The notes under the pieces were generated by a model. It was not told the DNA's origin. It did not search any database and saw nothing but the letters and a program-made list of their open reading frames with translations. From Lentisphaeria bacterium UBA4640 (GTDB lineage Bacteria; Verrucomicrobiota; Lentisphaeria; Victivallales; UBA1829), in contig DHMO01000053.1 of assembly GCA_002405835.1 (NCBI GenBank), positions 50,273 to 114,272 on the forward strand: a DNA stretch of 64,000 bases, in the 5' to 3' direction. Shown piece by piece: positions 1-9,833 of the stretch. A program made the position numbers and the translations under genes. Numbering within the stretch: position 1 is the first letter of the stretch; every line of letters begins with the position of its first letter.

Positions 1-1
1 T

Positions 2-610
2 CATCTTTATGAAGACGGAAGAATTGCGGCTGTCACCGGAGGAACCGGAAGAGTCAATTTCTTCGATCTGAGCAATCCGGAAAAGCCTGTGCTGAAAAAG
101 TATTTTGCGGAGAAACGGATTCTTTACACCGATGTTTTCCCGGAACAGACATTGAACGGATTCCTTCCGATCAGTGTGCACGGAATGGGGCTGAGCTGGT
201 ATCATCTGAACGGGACTGCGGCGGAACGGCTGGAAAACAATCCGTCTGTCCAGTTTCATCAGCTTGACGGCATCGCTGTTGTGAAAAACCGTTTTTTGAT
301 TCCCGCGAAACAAAATGGTTATTACCTGCTTGCGCCTGAAGATTTCGGGAAAGAGGGACTCCGGAAAGAATACCGGGCAGATGTCCCTATTCTGGGACTG
401 CCCATGTGGGATGGCGGGAACCGGCTTTTTCTCTCGGATTCCAGAAACGGCATTGTTTCCGAATTCGACGCGTCTTCACCGGAACACCTGAAGCTGATCC
501 GGAAAGTCGATGTTCATCCCGGAACCGCCGGACGTGCGGCTCTGCTGAACGGACGCCTCGTCATCCCTGCCGGGTTCTCCGGGTTCTATCTTGAAAACAA
601 CAAACAGTGA
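2..610 (+). CDS. 5'-truncated hypothetical protein with LVIVD-like beta-propeller repeats
   Basis: Frame 2 is open from the window edge to the stop at 610. The track ORF only begins at GTG 89. Repeated segments VNFFDLSNPEKPVL and VSEFDASSPEHLKL resemble LVIVD repeats. No convincing start is visible, so the gene probably begins upstream of the window. Confidence 0.5.
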   Translation, partial: HLYEDGRIAAVTGGTGRVNFFDLSNPEKPVLKKYFAEKRILYTDVFPEQTLNGFLPISVHGMGLSWYHLNGTAAERLENNPSVQFHQLDGIAVVKNRFLIPAKQNGYYLLAPEDFGKEGLRKEYRADVPILGLPMWDGGNRLFLSDSRNGIVSEFDASSPEHLKLIRKVDVHPGTAGRAALLNGRLVIPAGFSGFYLENNKQ

Positions 611-642
611 AAAGTGAATAAAAACGAAAGGAAGGCTGCACA

Positions 643-1365
643 ATGGGAACTCATTCAACCGGAAGAAACATTTCATATTTCAAGCGCAAATCCTGCAGAT
701 TTACCCTCATAGAGCTCCTTGTAACGATTGCCGTGATTGCAATCCTTGCCGGGATGCTGCTGCCGGCGCTGAATTCCGCACGGGATAAAGCGCGCGGAAT
801 CAACTGCACCTCGAACCTCAAACAGATCGGAACGCTGGAACTGCTTTATGCGGAAGCCAACGACGGATACGGTCCGGCATTCCAGGACAAGATTGATACT
901 GTCCTCTATCGTTGGCAGGACTTCCTCATGCCGTATTACAAAAGCGGACAGCCTTTCGAGCCAGGTTCCTACCGAAAGTATCTTGACAGCTCCAACAAGG
1001 TGTATATCCCGATCGGAATTTTCGCGTGTCCCTCCAGCGGGTCCATCGATATGAACAAAAATGATATTGCGCATTACGGATTGAACCGCTATCCTTCGCT
1101 GACTGGTGAACATCAGCGTCCTTCACGGCGGATTCTTTTTACGAAGCGTCCCTCGCTGCGAACCTATACAGGCGATGTTTTCTATGACTCGACGATAACC
1201 ACTGACCGCGAATTCCGTTACAGCGCAATCGAACACATGGGGTTCCGCCACACAGGACGGTTCAACACGAATTTCGTGGACGGACATTGCGAAGCACGTT
1301 CCATCAACGGAATCCCGCCATCGCTCAACAATGATTTCTGGGGATTCAAAACAACAGAAAACTGA
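643..1365 (+). CDS. Prepilin-type N-terminal cleavage/methylation domain protein, DUF1559 / H-X9-DG family (pseudopilin-like)
   Basis: N-terminus [44 protein letters not shown] is the classic type IV pilin-like leader plus DUF1559 core. The C-terminus [13 protein letters not shown] fits H-X9-DG exactly. Confidence 0.88.
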   Translation: MGTHSTGRNISYFKRKSCRFTLIELLVTIAVIAILAGMLLPALNSARDKARGINCTSNLKQIGTLELLYAEANDGYGPAFQDKIDTVLYRWQDFLMPYYKSGQPFEPGSYRKYLDSSNKVYIPIGIFACPSSGSIDMNKNDIAHYGLNRYPSLTGEHQRPSRRILFTKRPSLRTYTGDVFYDSTITTDREFRYSAIEHMGFRHTGRFNTNFVDGHCEARSINGIPPSLNNDFWGFKTTEN

Positions 1366-1373
1366 GGTGCGGC

Positions 1374-4300
1374 ATGAAACGAATCCTTTTTTCCCTTTTT
1401 CTGTTCTCTCTCGTTTCCCTTTATGCGGAATCGTATGAATTGTTCCGTGCGGGAAAAGAGAAAGCCGGACATTACGGAAACGCATCCGTGGAAAAAACGG
1501 TTGAGAATGAGAAACATGCAGTCCGCATACGTTTCGGGGCGCAGAACAAAGTTTTCAGCGGAGCTGTCGTTCTGCGCGGGATTTCGTTTTCCAAGATTCC
1601 GCAAAATGCCGGATTCGACCGGATTGTTCTGACCTTCAAGGGAAACGGCGAGCCTGGCAATTTCGTCCTTCTGCTGACCGATTCTGCCGGAGGCGAATGG
1701 TGCTGGAACGGAATCCGCTGGCAGGGCAGCGCCTCAATCTCATCCGCCGCGGATTTCTGGCAGCGCCGCGTCTTTCTTGCAAAGGATTTCAAGCCGCAGA
1801 ACGACAAAGCCAAAGGCGGAGCTCCGGATCTGCACAAACTGCAGAATATTCAGCTCGCAGTCGGGATCCGTCTGAAATCTCCCGATGAACGCCGTGCCGA
1901 TTTTCTGCTGGCTTCCATTGTGCTCGACGACCGGGAACAGGGCGGTCCCGTTGAAGACTGGAACGCTGGAGAATCCGCTGAAGGGGAAACTCATGCCAGG
2001 ACGCCGCATTCCGTCACGCTCGCTGAATCCGCATTCAAGATGATTCCCGAATCGGAATACCGGCTTCCGGCGTGGGTGAACTGGGATTTGCGGCAGGCTT
2101 ACCGGAGCGGTTCCGCTTTGCGTGCGACTGTTTCGCTGAACAATTACTGGCAGTTCTCTCCGGTCGCGGCGTCGGATTCGCAGAAGCTGATCCGCTCGGG
2201 ACGTCCCCTGCCCTCCGCCGGGAAAATCCCGCAGGGGAAAACTCTTTATGCTCCGGTTCCTGGAACATGGGACACGCAAAGCGGAACTCCGGTTCTTGAT
2301 GTTTCGAAAAAGCGGGCAAAAGGACAGAATGGCGTTTCGCTTTCCAATTTTGCGCAGGGCTGGTACCGGCGCGCGCTGAACATTCCGGAATCGTGGAAAG
2401 AAAAGCAGATTCTGCTTCAGCTCGATGCGGTTTCCGATGAAGCCCGCGTCTTTGTCAACGGCATTCCTTCCGGCGATCCGGTCATCGGGTCGGGGACCGT
2501 TGACATTACCCCGTTTCTGAAGCCCGGAGTTTCCAATGACCTCGCGATTTTTGTTCAGTACAACGGATTTCCATTTGATAAAAGTCACGGCAAATATGAG
2601 GAATTCAGGAAGCATCCCGCTTGCGGTGACTGGTGGTTCGGATGGCACAACGGGCCCGGGCTGGCCGATGACGTCTCGCTTCTTGTCATTCCCAAAGAGG
2701 AGCAGCTGGATGATTTGCGCATAGTCTCTTCCGTCGAAAACGGTACGCTGCAGGCGGACGCCTCGTTTGCCAACCGGACGGGGAAAAGCGGGGAATATGT
2801 TTTCCGGGCGGCAGTTTATCATAAAGACAGGGAAGTTCTGCATCTGCCGGCTCTCCGGAAAACGATCGGAGCGGGGCAAAAGGTCCGCATTCCCCTTGTC
2901 TCGCAATGGGAAAAGCCCGTTCTCTGGTCGCCGGACAAACCGGAACTCCTCCGGCTTGTCTTCACGGTCTCACGCAATGGAAAGGTTCTGGACCGTCTGG
3001 AAGACCGTTTCGGATTCCGCGAGCTGACGATCCGCGGAGCCGATTTTTATCTGAACGGGATTCCGCGTCGGCTCAAGTTCTTCAGCAATCAGGTTCCGTA
3101 CACGAAAATGCCGGAAGAATCGATCCGCACGTATTTGAAACTGTGGAAGGAGATGAATTTCAACGGCATTATTTATGAATCGCCGGACCGTCGGGTTGTC
3201 CGGATCGCCGATGAAGTCGGGCTTCTGGTCGCCATGCGCGGAGTGCTTCCGAAACTCGTCCGCAACGGAGTTTACCTTCCCGGTGTTTCCAACAGCGGCT
3301 ATCCGGCGGAGATTTATCTTTCCGGCAAACTCCGGAATGCCCGGCAGGAACACGAACGCGCCATTCGCGGAATCGTTTCCAAATTCCGGAACAATCCATC
3401 CATTGTAATCTGGGCAATAAACCCGCTGCTCTGCTACAATCCGGAATGGATCAATCCGGGAATGCTCGGTTCGGAAAGTGCACCGAACGATCTGACCACT
3501 GCAACTCTTATTGAAGAAAACATGCTGCGCCGTCTCGATCCGGGACGTCTTGTCATGCAGAGCATGGGCGCAAACACGGGCGCAATCATCACAGCGAATC
3601 CGTATCCGACGTTTGACAACCAGCCGGATGAATGGGCGGACTGGCCGCTGCGCTGGGCTGAGCACCGGAAGAAACCGCTTGTTCTCGAAGAGGTCGCCCT
3701 TCCCTTCTGGAATAATTTTGCAAACTGGACCGACTCGCTCTCCGGCGACAAAACCTCCTTCTATGATCTCCGGCAGCTCTATTATGAGCAGGCGGCACGG
3801 TATTTCGGCGATTCCGTCTATGCGCTTTCTTCTCCGAAAAGCGATGACCGCAAGTGGAATCTCTCAACGGGAGAAACCGTGAAACGCGACGGGACGGAGC
3901 TTGCGCGTCTTGATCCCGCGGCAGTCAAAACGAAATGCATGTATATGACACGCTGTCTGCGCGCATGGCGGATGTACGGTGTTTCCGGAATCTGGCCGTT
4001 TGAGGATGCGGATGAATACTTCAGCTTCTTCCGTCAGCGCATTCCGGCGGAGCCGGTTGACGTCACGCGTCCGGGCATCAAACCGGAATGGGGAAGCGCG
4101 TCGCCGCGTCCGGGGATCAGTCCGGTTTTTCATGCAATGCAGGAACTTCAGAAACCGGTCCTTGCATATATCGGGGGAGAACAGGCGCATTTCACGGAAC
4201 AGTCCCGCAACTTCCGGATCGGCGAGAGCGTAGAAAAGCAGATGCTCTTTTCCAATGATGCGCCGTCGGCTCTGGATATTCGGGCAAAATGGGAACTTGT

Positions 4301-6212
4301 AAATTCCGCAACCGGGAAAATCTGCATACAGGGCGTGTGGAACGGAACTCTTCCTCCCGGGAGCATCCGGAAAATTCCCTTCCGGTTCCGCATGGACTCT
4401 CCGGGCGAATACGAACTCCGTTTTCAGGCGGAAGGCGGGAACAGCGTCTCGCATGATACGTTCCGTTTAACCGCATTTCCCGCGCCGGAACGGAGAACTT
4501 TCTCCAAAACAGTCCGTCTTTACGACACGGTCGGGAAAACGGAAAAATTGCTGAAAAAGCTGGGCGTTCCGTTCACCCGTGATCTTTCGGCAAAGACGGA
4601 TACTGTGGTGGTCGGCGCTCTTTCGATGGATGAAACATTCCTGCGCGAAGCCCGTAAAAACGGACTGGAACAGCAAATCCGGTCAGGAACCTCGCTTCTC
4701 GTCTTTGCGCAGAAAGCGGACTCGCCGATGAAACCGTATCTGGAAGAGCGGCGAACACGGAACGTCTTTGTGAAGGATTCCGCACATCCGCTTCTGCAAG
4801 GGCTTCCGGCTCAGGCATTTGCGCAGTGGCGCGGTGCACCGGACAAGATGGAGCCGTATCCCCGTACAGGAACTTCCGCGGCGAACGGGCGTTTCATGCA
4901 CTGGGGAAGCCGGGGAACTGTCGCAACATTTGTTCAGGACAAACCCGATTCGGGACGTTTCCGCGTTCTGCTCGACTGCGACGCCGACCTTTCCCGTTCC
5001 GCTCTTCAGGAAAACTTTGTCAGAGAGGGACGCATTCTCTTCTGCATGCTTGATCTGGAGGAGCGGCAGGGTGTTGAGCCGATGGCGGATGAACTTGCAG
5101 CGCGTCTGTTCCGTTATCTGGAGAATCCGGAAAAACTTCCGCGCAGGAATGCGGTGTTCTCCGGATCGGCGAAAACGGCGCAACTGCTGGAAACTCTCGG
5201 GTTTGCATTCACCGTTTCCGATAAGATTCCGGAGGACTGCGAACTTCTGACCGTCGATTCCGAAACCCGGATTCCGGTTTCGGAGCTCCGTGCGTTTGCC
5301 GGACGCGGCAAAATTGTTCTTCTGCTGAAACCCGATGCGGCTCAGGCGGAACTGCTGCATTCCGGACTTCAGACGGAACCGGTCCGGCTGGCAAAGAGCG
5401 GAGTTTCGGAGATATGGAAGCGCGGACTCGGCAATTCGGATTTTTACTTCAATCCGGTCCGCACGCTCCGGACGTTCGGCAATGAGGAGATTCTCAAATC
5501 GGAAGGAAACATTATCGCGCTTTCGGTTCTTCCGGAGGACTTTCAGCAGAATTCTTCGGCGGTCAAAGCACGGCGTATTCTCTCCGTCCTTCTGACCAAT
5601 CTCGGAGTTTCCGCGCGGGATGAGTTTTCCATACCGGATCTTTCAGCTCCGCGTACCGATTTTTCAGGCGTCGCGGTTCCGTTTGCAATTGATCCGCAAA
5701 GCAAAGGCGAAGCCCTCGGCTGGCATAAGCCGGAATTCGATGATTCAAACTGGCGGAAAATCAAAATCGGCGCATACTGGGAAACGCAGGGAATCACCAT
5801 GAAGAATCCGCATTACAATCCGCGCTTTGCCGCACCATATGACGGCGATGCGTTCTACCGGATTCATTTTACCTTGCCGCCGGAATGGAAGGGGCGTCAG
5901 CTCTATGTGGAAGCTGGACCGATCGACGACCTCGACCGCACCTGGTTCAACGGCGCGCTGATCGGTGAAACAACGGAAGCCGTGCCGAAATACTGGGAAC
6001 TCGTCCGCCGCTATCCCGTTCCCGCCTCCGCGATTCGCTGGGACGGGGAAAATGTGGTTGCTGTCCGAGTGCGCGACCTGCGCTACAACGGAGGAATCCC
6101 GGGAATTTTCCGGATAACGGATGGAACTCCGGCAAAAGCGGACAATCTGTTTTATCCGGTTCCGAGCCGCCTGATTTACCGGTTCGATCCGAACCACTGG
6201 CGGCAGTGGTAA
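1374..6212 (+). CDS. Very large (1612 aa) secreted multidomain GH2-like glycoside hydrolase / carbohydrate-binding protein
   Basis: Signal peptide MKRILFSLFLFSLVSLYA. A GH2 sugar-binding-like jelly roll is present (NYWQFSP..., GWYRRALNIPESWKEKQILLQLDAVSDEARVFVNG). A TIM-barrel-like stretch follows (NFNGIIYES..., RNNPSIVIWAINP). A second jelly-roll sits at the C-terminus (DDSNWRKIKIG..., DGDAFYRIHFTLPPEWKGRQLYVEAGPIDDLDRTWFNG). Confidence 0.7.
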   Translation: MKRILFSLFLFSLVSLYAESYELFRAGKEKAGHYGNASVEKTVENEKHAVRIRFGAQNKVFSGAVVLRGISFSKIPQNAGFDRIVLTFKGNGEPGNFVLLLTDSAGGEWCWNGIRWQGSASISSAADFWQRRVFLAKDFKPQNDKAKGGAPDLHKLQNIQLAVGIRLKSPDERRADFLLASIVLDDREQGGPVEDWNAGESAEGETHARTPHSVTLAESAFKMIPESEYRLPAWVNWDLRQAYRSGSALRATVSLNNYWQFSPVAASDSQKLIRSGRPLPSAGKIPQGKTLYAPVPGTWDTQSGTPVLDVSKKRAKGQNGVSLSNFAQGWYRRALNIPESWKEKQILLQLDAVSDEARVFVNGIPSGDPVIGSGTVDITPFLKPGVSNDLAIFVQYNGFPFDKSHGKYEEFRKHPACGDWWFGWHNGPGLADDVSLLVIPKEEQLDDLRIVSSVENGTLQADASFANRTGKSGEYVFRAAVYHKDREVLHLPALRKTIGAGQKVRIPLVSQWEKPVLWSPDKPELLRLVFTVSRNGKVLDRLEDRFGFRELTIRGADFYLNGIPRRLKFFSNQVPYTKMPEESIRTYLKLWKEMNFNGIIYESPDRRVVRIADEVGLLVAMRGVLPKLVRNGVYLPGVSNSGYPAEIYLSGKLRNARQEHERAIRGIVSKFRNNPSIVIWAINPLLCYNPEWINPGMLGSESAPNDLTTATLIEENMLRRLDPGRLVMQSMGANTGAIITANPYPTFDNQPDEWADWPLRWAEHRKKPLVLEEVALPFWNNFANWTDSLSGDKTSFYDLRQLYYEQAARYFGDSVYALSSPKSDDRKWNLSTGETVKRDGTELARLDPAAVKTKCMYMTRCLRAWRMYGVSGIWPFEDADEYFSFFRQRIPAEPVDVTRPGIKPEWGSASPRPGISPVFHAMQELQKPVLAYIGGEQAHFTEQSRNFRIGESVEKQMLFSNDAPSALDIRAKWELVNSATGKICIQGVWNGTLPPGSIRKIPFRFRMDSPGEYELRFQAEGGNSVSHDTFRLTAFPAPERRTFSKTVRLYDTVGKTEKLLKKLGVPFTRDLSAKTDTVVVGALSMDETFLREARKNGLEQQIRSGTSLLVFAQKADSPMKPYLEERRTRNVFVKDSAHPLLQGLPAQAFAQWRGAPDKMEPYPRTGTSAANGRFMHWGSRGTVATFVQDKPDSGRFRVLLDCDADLSRSALQENFVREGRILFCMLDLEERQGVEPMADELAARLFRYLENPEKLPRRNAVFSGSAKTAQLLETLGFAFTVSDKIPEDCELLTVDSETRIPVSELRAFAGRGKIVLLLKPDAAQAELLHSGLQTEPVRLAKSGVSEIWKRGLGNSDFYFNPVRTLRTFGNEEILKSEGNIIALSVLPEDFQQNSSAVKARRILSVLLTNLGVSARDEFSIPDLSAPRTDFSGVAVPFAIDPQSKGEALGWHKPEFDDSNWRKIKIGAYWETQGITMKNPHYNPRFAAPYDGDAFYRIHFTLPPEWKGRQLYVEAGPIDDLDRTWFNGALIGETTEAVPKYWELVRRYPVPASAIRWDGENVVAVRVRDLRYNGGIPGIFRITDGTPAKADNLFYPVPSRLIYRFDPNHWRQW

Positions 6213-6971
6213 TTACAATTTTCCGGAAAGAACCATCAGCTGAATGGCGTTCGGTGACGCGGGGGCGCCGGAGAAATCCGACCACGTGTTCCGGACAGCC
6301 ATTCCGCGATGTGTCATAATGCCGCGGATTTCCTCCGGTGTGTAAAGCCGGATCGGATCGCCGGCGGGAAATTCGGGTTTCGGAAGAACAGTCCCGTATG
6401 GATAATCCAGCTGACCGTAGAGCAGGATGCGGGTCTGCGGATTCCATTCAAAAGCGGAAAGCGTCAACCCGTTTGCGCCGGCCTCCCAGAGCCGGCAGGG
6501 GAAATGCGAATCCGCATATTCCGCGTTCATGATGTCCATGAAATGTTTGCCGCCGGGCTTCAGAGAACGGGCGGCCAGATCGAAAATCTTTTCATTTTCC
6601 GCATCGTTTTCCAGATAGCCGATTGCGCCGTCCGCCATATTCAGAACGACGTCGAATTCTTCCGCAAACGAAACGGAGCGGAGATCCGAACAGATGAACT
6701 GCGCCGGAAGATTTTCCGTGAGTGCGGTCTTCTGCGCATAATCAATATAGGCGGGGGTAATATCGACTCCGGTTACATTATATCCGCGGCGGGCGAACTC
6801 CAGCGCGTGGCGGCCGAAGCCGCACGCAAGATCCAGAATCCGTTCGTTTCCGGAAAGATTCAGCTTCTCTGTCAGAAAGTCGACCTGCTGAACAGTGGTT
6901 TCCGTCCATGACTGATTCTGAATGTCAAGAGTCCAGCAGTGTTTGTACCAGTCGCTTGGTTTGGATTGCAT
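6213..6971 (-). CDS. Class I SAM-dependent methyltransferase
   Basis: Motif I ILDLACGFGRHALEFARRG, followed by VTGVDI and post-I/II-like segments (VVLNMADGAIGY, LKPGGKHF). Confidence 0.8.
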   Translation of the reverse strand: MQSKPSDWYKHCWTLDIQNQSWTETTVQQVDFLTEKLNLSGNERILDLACGFGRHALEFARRGYNVTGVDITPAYIDYAQKTALTENLPAQFICSDLRSVSFAEEFDVVLNMADGAIGYLENDAENEKIFDLAARSLKPGGKHFMDIMNAEYADSHFPCRLWEAGANGLTLSAFEWNPQTRILLYGQLDYPYGTVLPKPEFPAGDPIRLYTPEEIRGIMTHRGMAVRNTWSDFSGAPASPNAIQLMVLSGKL

Positions 6972-6985
6972 AAGATTTTTCCAGG

Positions 6986-7504
6986 TTATGGAAGCAGGAC
7001 AATGCTTCCGGTGCGGCGGGTTGTGGGCATGTTGATCAGACGCTGGTTCGAAGACCCGCGGAATTTCAGGGAAATATCCTTCAGGCGTTCGATGAACGGA
7101 CCGTCGACCAGAACCGCAAGAGAATCCAGAATCTCATCAGTGACCTCGCAGTGTGCGCGTCCGCCGGGAACCAGATCGCAGTCATAGACATAACCGGAAT
7201 ACGCCCAGATATCCTTCTCCGGGAAACGTTTTTTGAATTCGCGGATCAGCGGCAGAAGAGCGCGCTGGTTGACCGGCTCAAACGGTTCGCCGCCGAGAAG
7301 CGACAAACCGTTGATGTAGTCGGGCTTGAGGAGACCGAGGATGTACTCCGCGGTCTCTTCCGTGAAGGGGTGCCCGGCGTTGAAATCCCATGTGGAGGCA
7401 TTGAAACAGCCCGGACAATGATGAGTACAGCCGGAGACGAACAGGGAGACGCGGACGCCTCTTCCGTTTGCGATATCCGTAGGTTTGATTGCACTGAAAT
7501 TCAT
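6986..7504 (-). CDS. nrdG: Anaerobic ribonucleoside-triphosphate reductase activating protein (radical SAM)
   Basis: N-terminal DIANGRGVRVSLFVSGCTHHCPGCFN carries a CX3CX2C cluster motif. The gene lies immediately downstream of nrdD on the same strand, and its size (172 aa) is typical. Confidence 0.9.
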   Translation of the reverse strand: MNFSAIKPTDIANGRGVRVSLFVSGCTHHCPGCFNASTWDFNAGHPFTEETAEYILGLLKPDYINGLSLLGGEPFEPVNQRALLPLIREFKKRFPEKDIWAYSGYVYDCDLVPGGRAHCEVTDEILDSLAVLVDGPFIERLKDISLKFRGSSNQRLINMPTTRRTGSIVLLP

Positions 7505-7522
7505 CAGACCCTCCGTTTTTTA

Positions 7523-9685
7523 TCAGAGATGCAGAACCCTGTCGCGGATTTCCTGCGTTCTTCCCTGATTCCAGAACTGCGAACCGATGTAGCCGCAGGT
7601 CCGGCGGGCGACATTCATCCGGCTCTGGTCGGTGTTGCCGCACTTGGGGCAGCGCCAGATCAGCTTGCCGGAATCATCTTTGACAATCTGGATTTCGCCG
7701 TCGAAACCGCACTCCTGGCAGTAATCGCTCTTCGTATTCAGTTCCGCATACATGATGTTGTTGTAAATGAAGCGGATCACCTGCAGAACCGCCTCAAGGT
7801 TGTTCTGCATATTCGGAACTTCAACATAGCTGATCGCGCCGCCCGTGGAGAGCGACTGAAACTGCGATTCAAACGACAGCTTGGAGAACGCGTCGATTTT
7901 TTCCGTGACATGGACGTGATAGCTGTTCGTAATGTAGTTTTTGTCAGTAACTCCGGCAACCACGCCGAAGCGCTTCTGCAGACACTTGGCGAATTTGTAT
8001 GTCGTTGATTCCAATGGCGTTCCATAAATGCCGAACCCGATTGTCGTCTCTTTTTTCCAGCGTTCGCAGGCGGCGTTCATGTGCTTCATGATCTTCAGGG
8101 CAAGCGGCGTCGCTTCGGGATCCGTGTGACTCTTTCCGGTCAGGTAGTACACGCATTCGCAGAGCCCCGCATAGCCCAGGGAGATTGTAGAGTACCCGTT
8201 GTAGAGCAGCGGGTCGATGACTTCGCCTTTCTTCAGACGCGCGATCGCGCCGTACTGCCACAGAATCGGCGCGGCGTCGGACAGCGTGCCTTTCAGACGG
8301 TTGTGTCTGCACATCAAAGCCTTGTAGCAGAGAGCGAGACGTTCATCGAAGATTTTCCAGAAGCGGTCCATATCCTTTTCGCTGGAGAGAGCGACGTCCA
8401 CGAGGTTGATTGTGACGACGCCCTGATTGAACCGTCCGTAGAACTTGTAGTTTCCGTTTGCATCGCGCCACGGGGAGAGCGCGGAGCGGCAGCCCATGAC
8501 GGGGAAGCAGTTGCCCTCTTTCAGTTCCTTCATTTTCTTTTCGCTGATGTAATCGGGAACTAGACGGCGCGCAGTGCATTTTGCGGCAAGCTCGGTGAGG
8601 TAATAGTACTCCGTTCCGGGCGTGATGTTGTCTTCTTCCAGTACATAGATCAGCTTCGGGAATGCGGGGGTGATGTAAACACCCGCCTCGTTCTTGACGC
8701 CGACATAACGCTGCTTCAGAACCTCTTCGATAATGATTGCCAGGTCTCTTTTTTCGCGTTCGTTCTTGGCTTCGTTGAGATACATGAAAACCGTCACAAA
8801 CGGCGCCTGGCCGTTGGTTGTCATCAGCGTGACAACCTGATACTGAATGGTCTGAACGCCGCGGGCGATTTCGTTGTGCAGTCTCTTTTCGACAATTGCA
8901 TTCAAGTCGTCTTCGGAAACGGCGACTTTGACCATATTGAATTCTTCAAGCGTGCTCTTGCGGATTGCTTCGCGGGAAATCTGGACGAACGGGGCGAGAT
9001 GAGTGAGAGAGATGCTCTGTCCGCCGTACTGGTTGCTGGCGACCTGCGCGATGATCTGTGTTGCGATGTTGCAGGCGGTGGAAAAGCTGTGCGGCTTCTC
9101 GATCATGGTTCCGGAAATCACGGTTCCGTTCTGGAGCATGTCCTCAAGGTTGACGAGGTCGCAGTTGTGCATGTGCTGGGCATAGTAATCCATATCATGG
9201 AAATGGATGATGCCTTTTTCATGCGCGTCAATAACATCCTCGGGAAGAAGCAGACGGGTGGAAATGTCTTTGGAAACCTCGCCCGCCATGTAGTCGCGCT
9301 GAACACTGTTGATGGTCGGATTCTTGTTGGAGTTTTCCTGCTTGACCTCTTCGTTGTTGCATTCGATGAGAGTGAGGATCTTGTTGTCGGTCGTATTCGC
9401 CTGACGCACCAGACTGCGGGTGTAACGGTACGTGATGTACTTTTTGGCAACTTCGAAAGCGCCTTCCTGCATGATTCTGGTTTCGACAATGTCCTGAATC
9501 TCTTCGACGGAAAGAGAGCGGTCGAGAGCTTCGCAGATTCCCGCTGCATGATCTGCGATTGCATTGATCTGCTGAGCCGTCAGCGCATTCTTGAACGGCA
9601 CGGTCTGATTGGCTTTCGCGACAGCGGAACGGATCTTCTCAATATCAAATTCCTGTTCCTCGCCGCTTCGTTTTACGATTTTCAT
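7523..9685 (-). CDS. nrdD: Anaerobic ribonucleoside-triphosphate reductase (class III RNR)
   Basis: ATP-cone start MKIVKRSGEEQEFDIEKI. C-terminal Zn ribbon CQECGFDG...CPKCG. Glycyl-radical motif RRTCGYIG. Confidence 0.95.
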   Translation of the reverse strand: MKIVKRSGEEQEFDIEKIRSAVAKANQTVPFKNALTAQQINAIADHAAGICEALDRSLSVEEIQDIVETRIMQEGAFEVAKKYITYRYTRSLVRQANTTDNKILTLIECNNEEVKQENSNKNPTINSVQRDYMAGEVSKDISTRLLLPEDVIDAHEKGIIHFHDMDYYAQHMHNCDLVNLEDMLQNGTVISGTMIEKPHSFSTACNIATQIIAQVASNQYGGQSISLTHLAPFVQISREAIRKSTLEEFNMVKVAVSEDDLNAIVEKRLHNEIARGVQTIQYQVVTLMTTNGQAPFVTVFMYLNEAKNEREKRDLAIIIEEVLKQRYVGVKNEAGVYITPAFPKLIYVLEEDNITPGTEYYYLTELAAKCTARRLVPDYISEKKMKELKEGNCFPVMGCRSALSPWRDANGNYKFYGRFNQGVVTINLVDVALSSEKDMDRFWKIFDERLALCYKALMCRHNRLKGTLSDAAPILWQYGAIARLKKGEVIDPLLYNGYSTISLGYAGLCECVYYLTGKSHTDPEATPLALKIMKHMNAACERWKKETTIGFGIYGTPLESTTYKFAKCLQKRFGVVAGVTDKNYITNSYHVHVTEKIDAFSKLSFESQFQSLSTGGAISYVEVPNMQNNLEAVLQVIRFIYNNIMYAELNTKSDYCQECGFDGEIQIVKDDSGKLIWRCPKCGNTDQSRMNVARRTCGYIGSQFWNQGRTQEIRDRVLHL

Positions 9686-9690
9686 GACTT

Positions 9691-9737
9691 CCCCTATATA
9701 TTGTGTACGTTTTTGTTTTTAGTACTACATCTTGGGG
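9691..9737 (-). promoter_or_regulatory. Candidate tandem NrdR boxes upstream of nrdD
   Basis: CCCCTATATATTGTGT (9691-9706) matches 14/16 of the NrdR box consensus acaCwAtATaTwGtgt, recalled from memory. A weaker second box, GTACTACATCTTGGGG (9722-9737, about 10/16), starts 31 bp away, which matches the known 31-32 bp tandem spacing. Confidence 0.45.
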
Positions 9738-9833
9738 AGTACTATATCATCCATTGGCCGAATTTCAAACGCGGAAGACGAAAAAAAAAGATTTTTTAAG
9801 AGCTTGAATCTGAATGCCGCGGCAACGGAAAAA

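Noticed and set aside
89-610. Treating GTG 89 as the true start of the first ORF.
   Set aside because: The reading frame is open back to the first base of the window, and the upstream residues continue the same repeat pattern. The gene is more likely truncated by the window edge.
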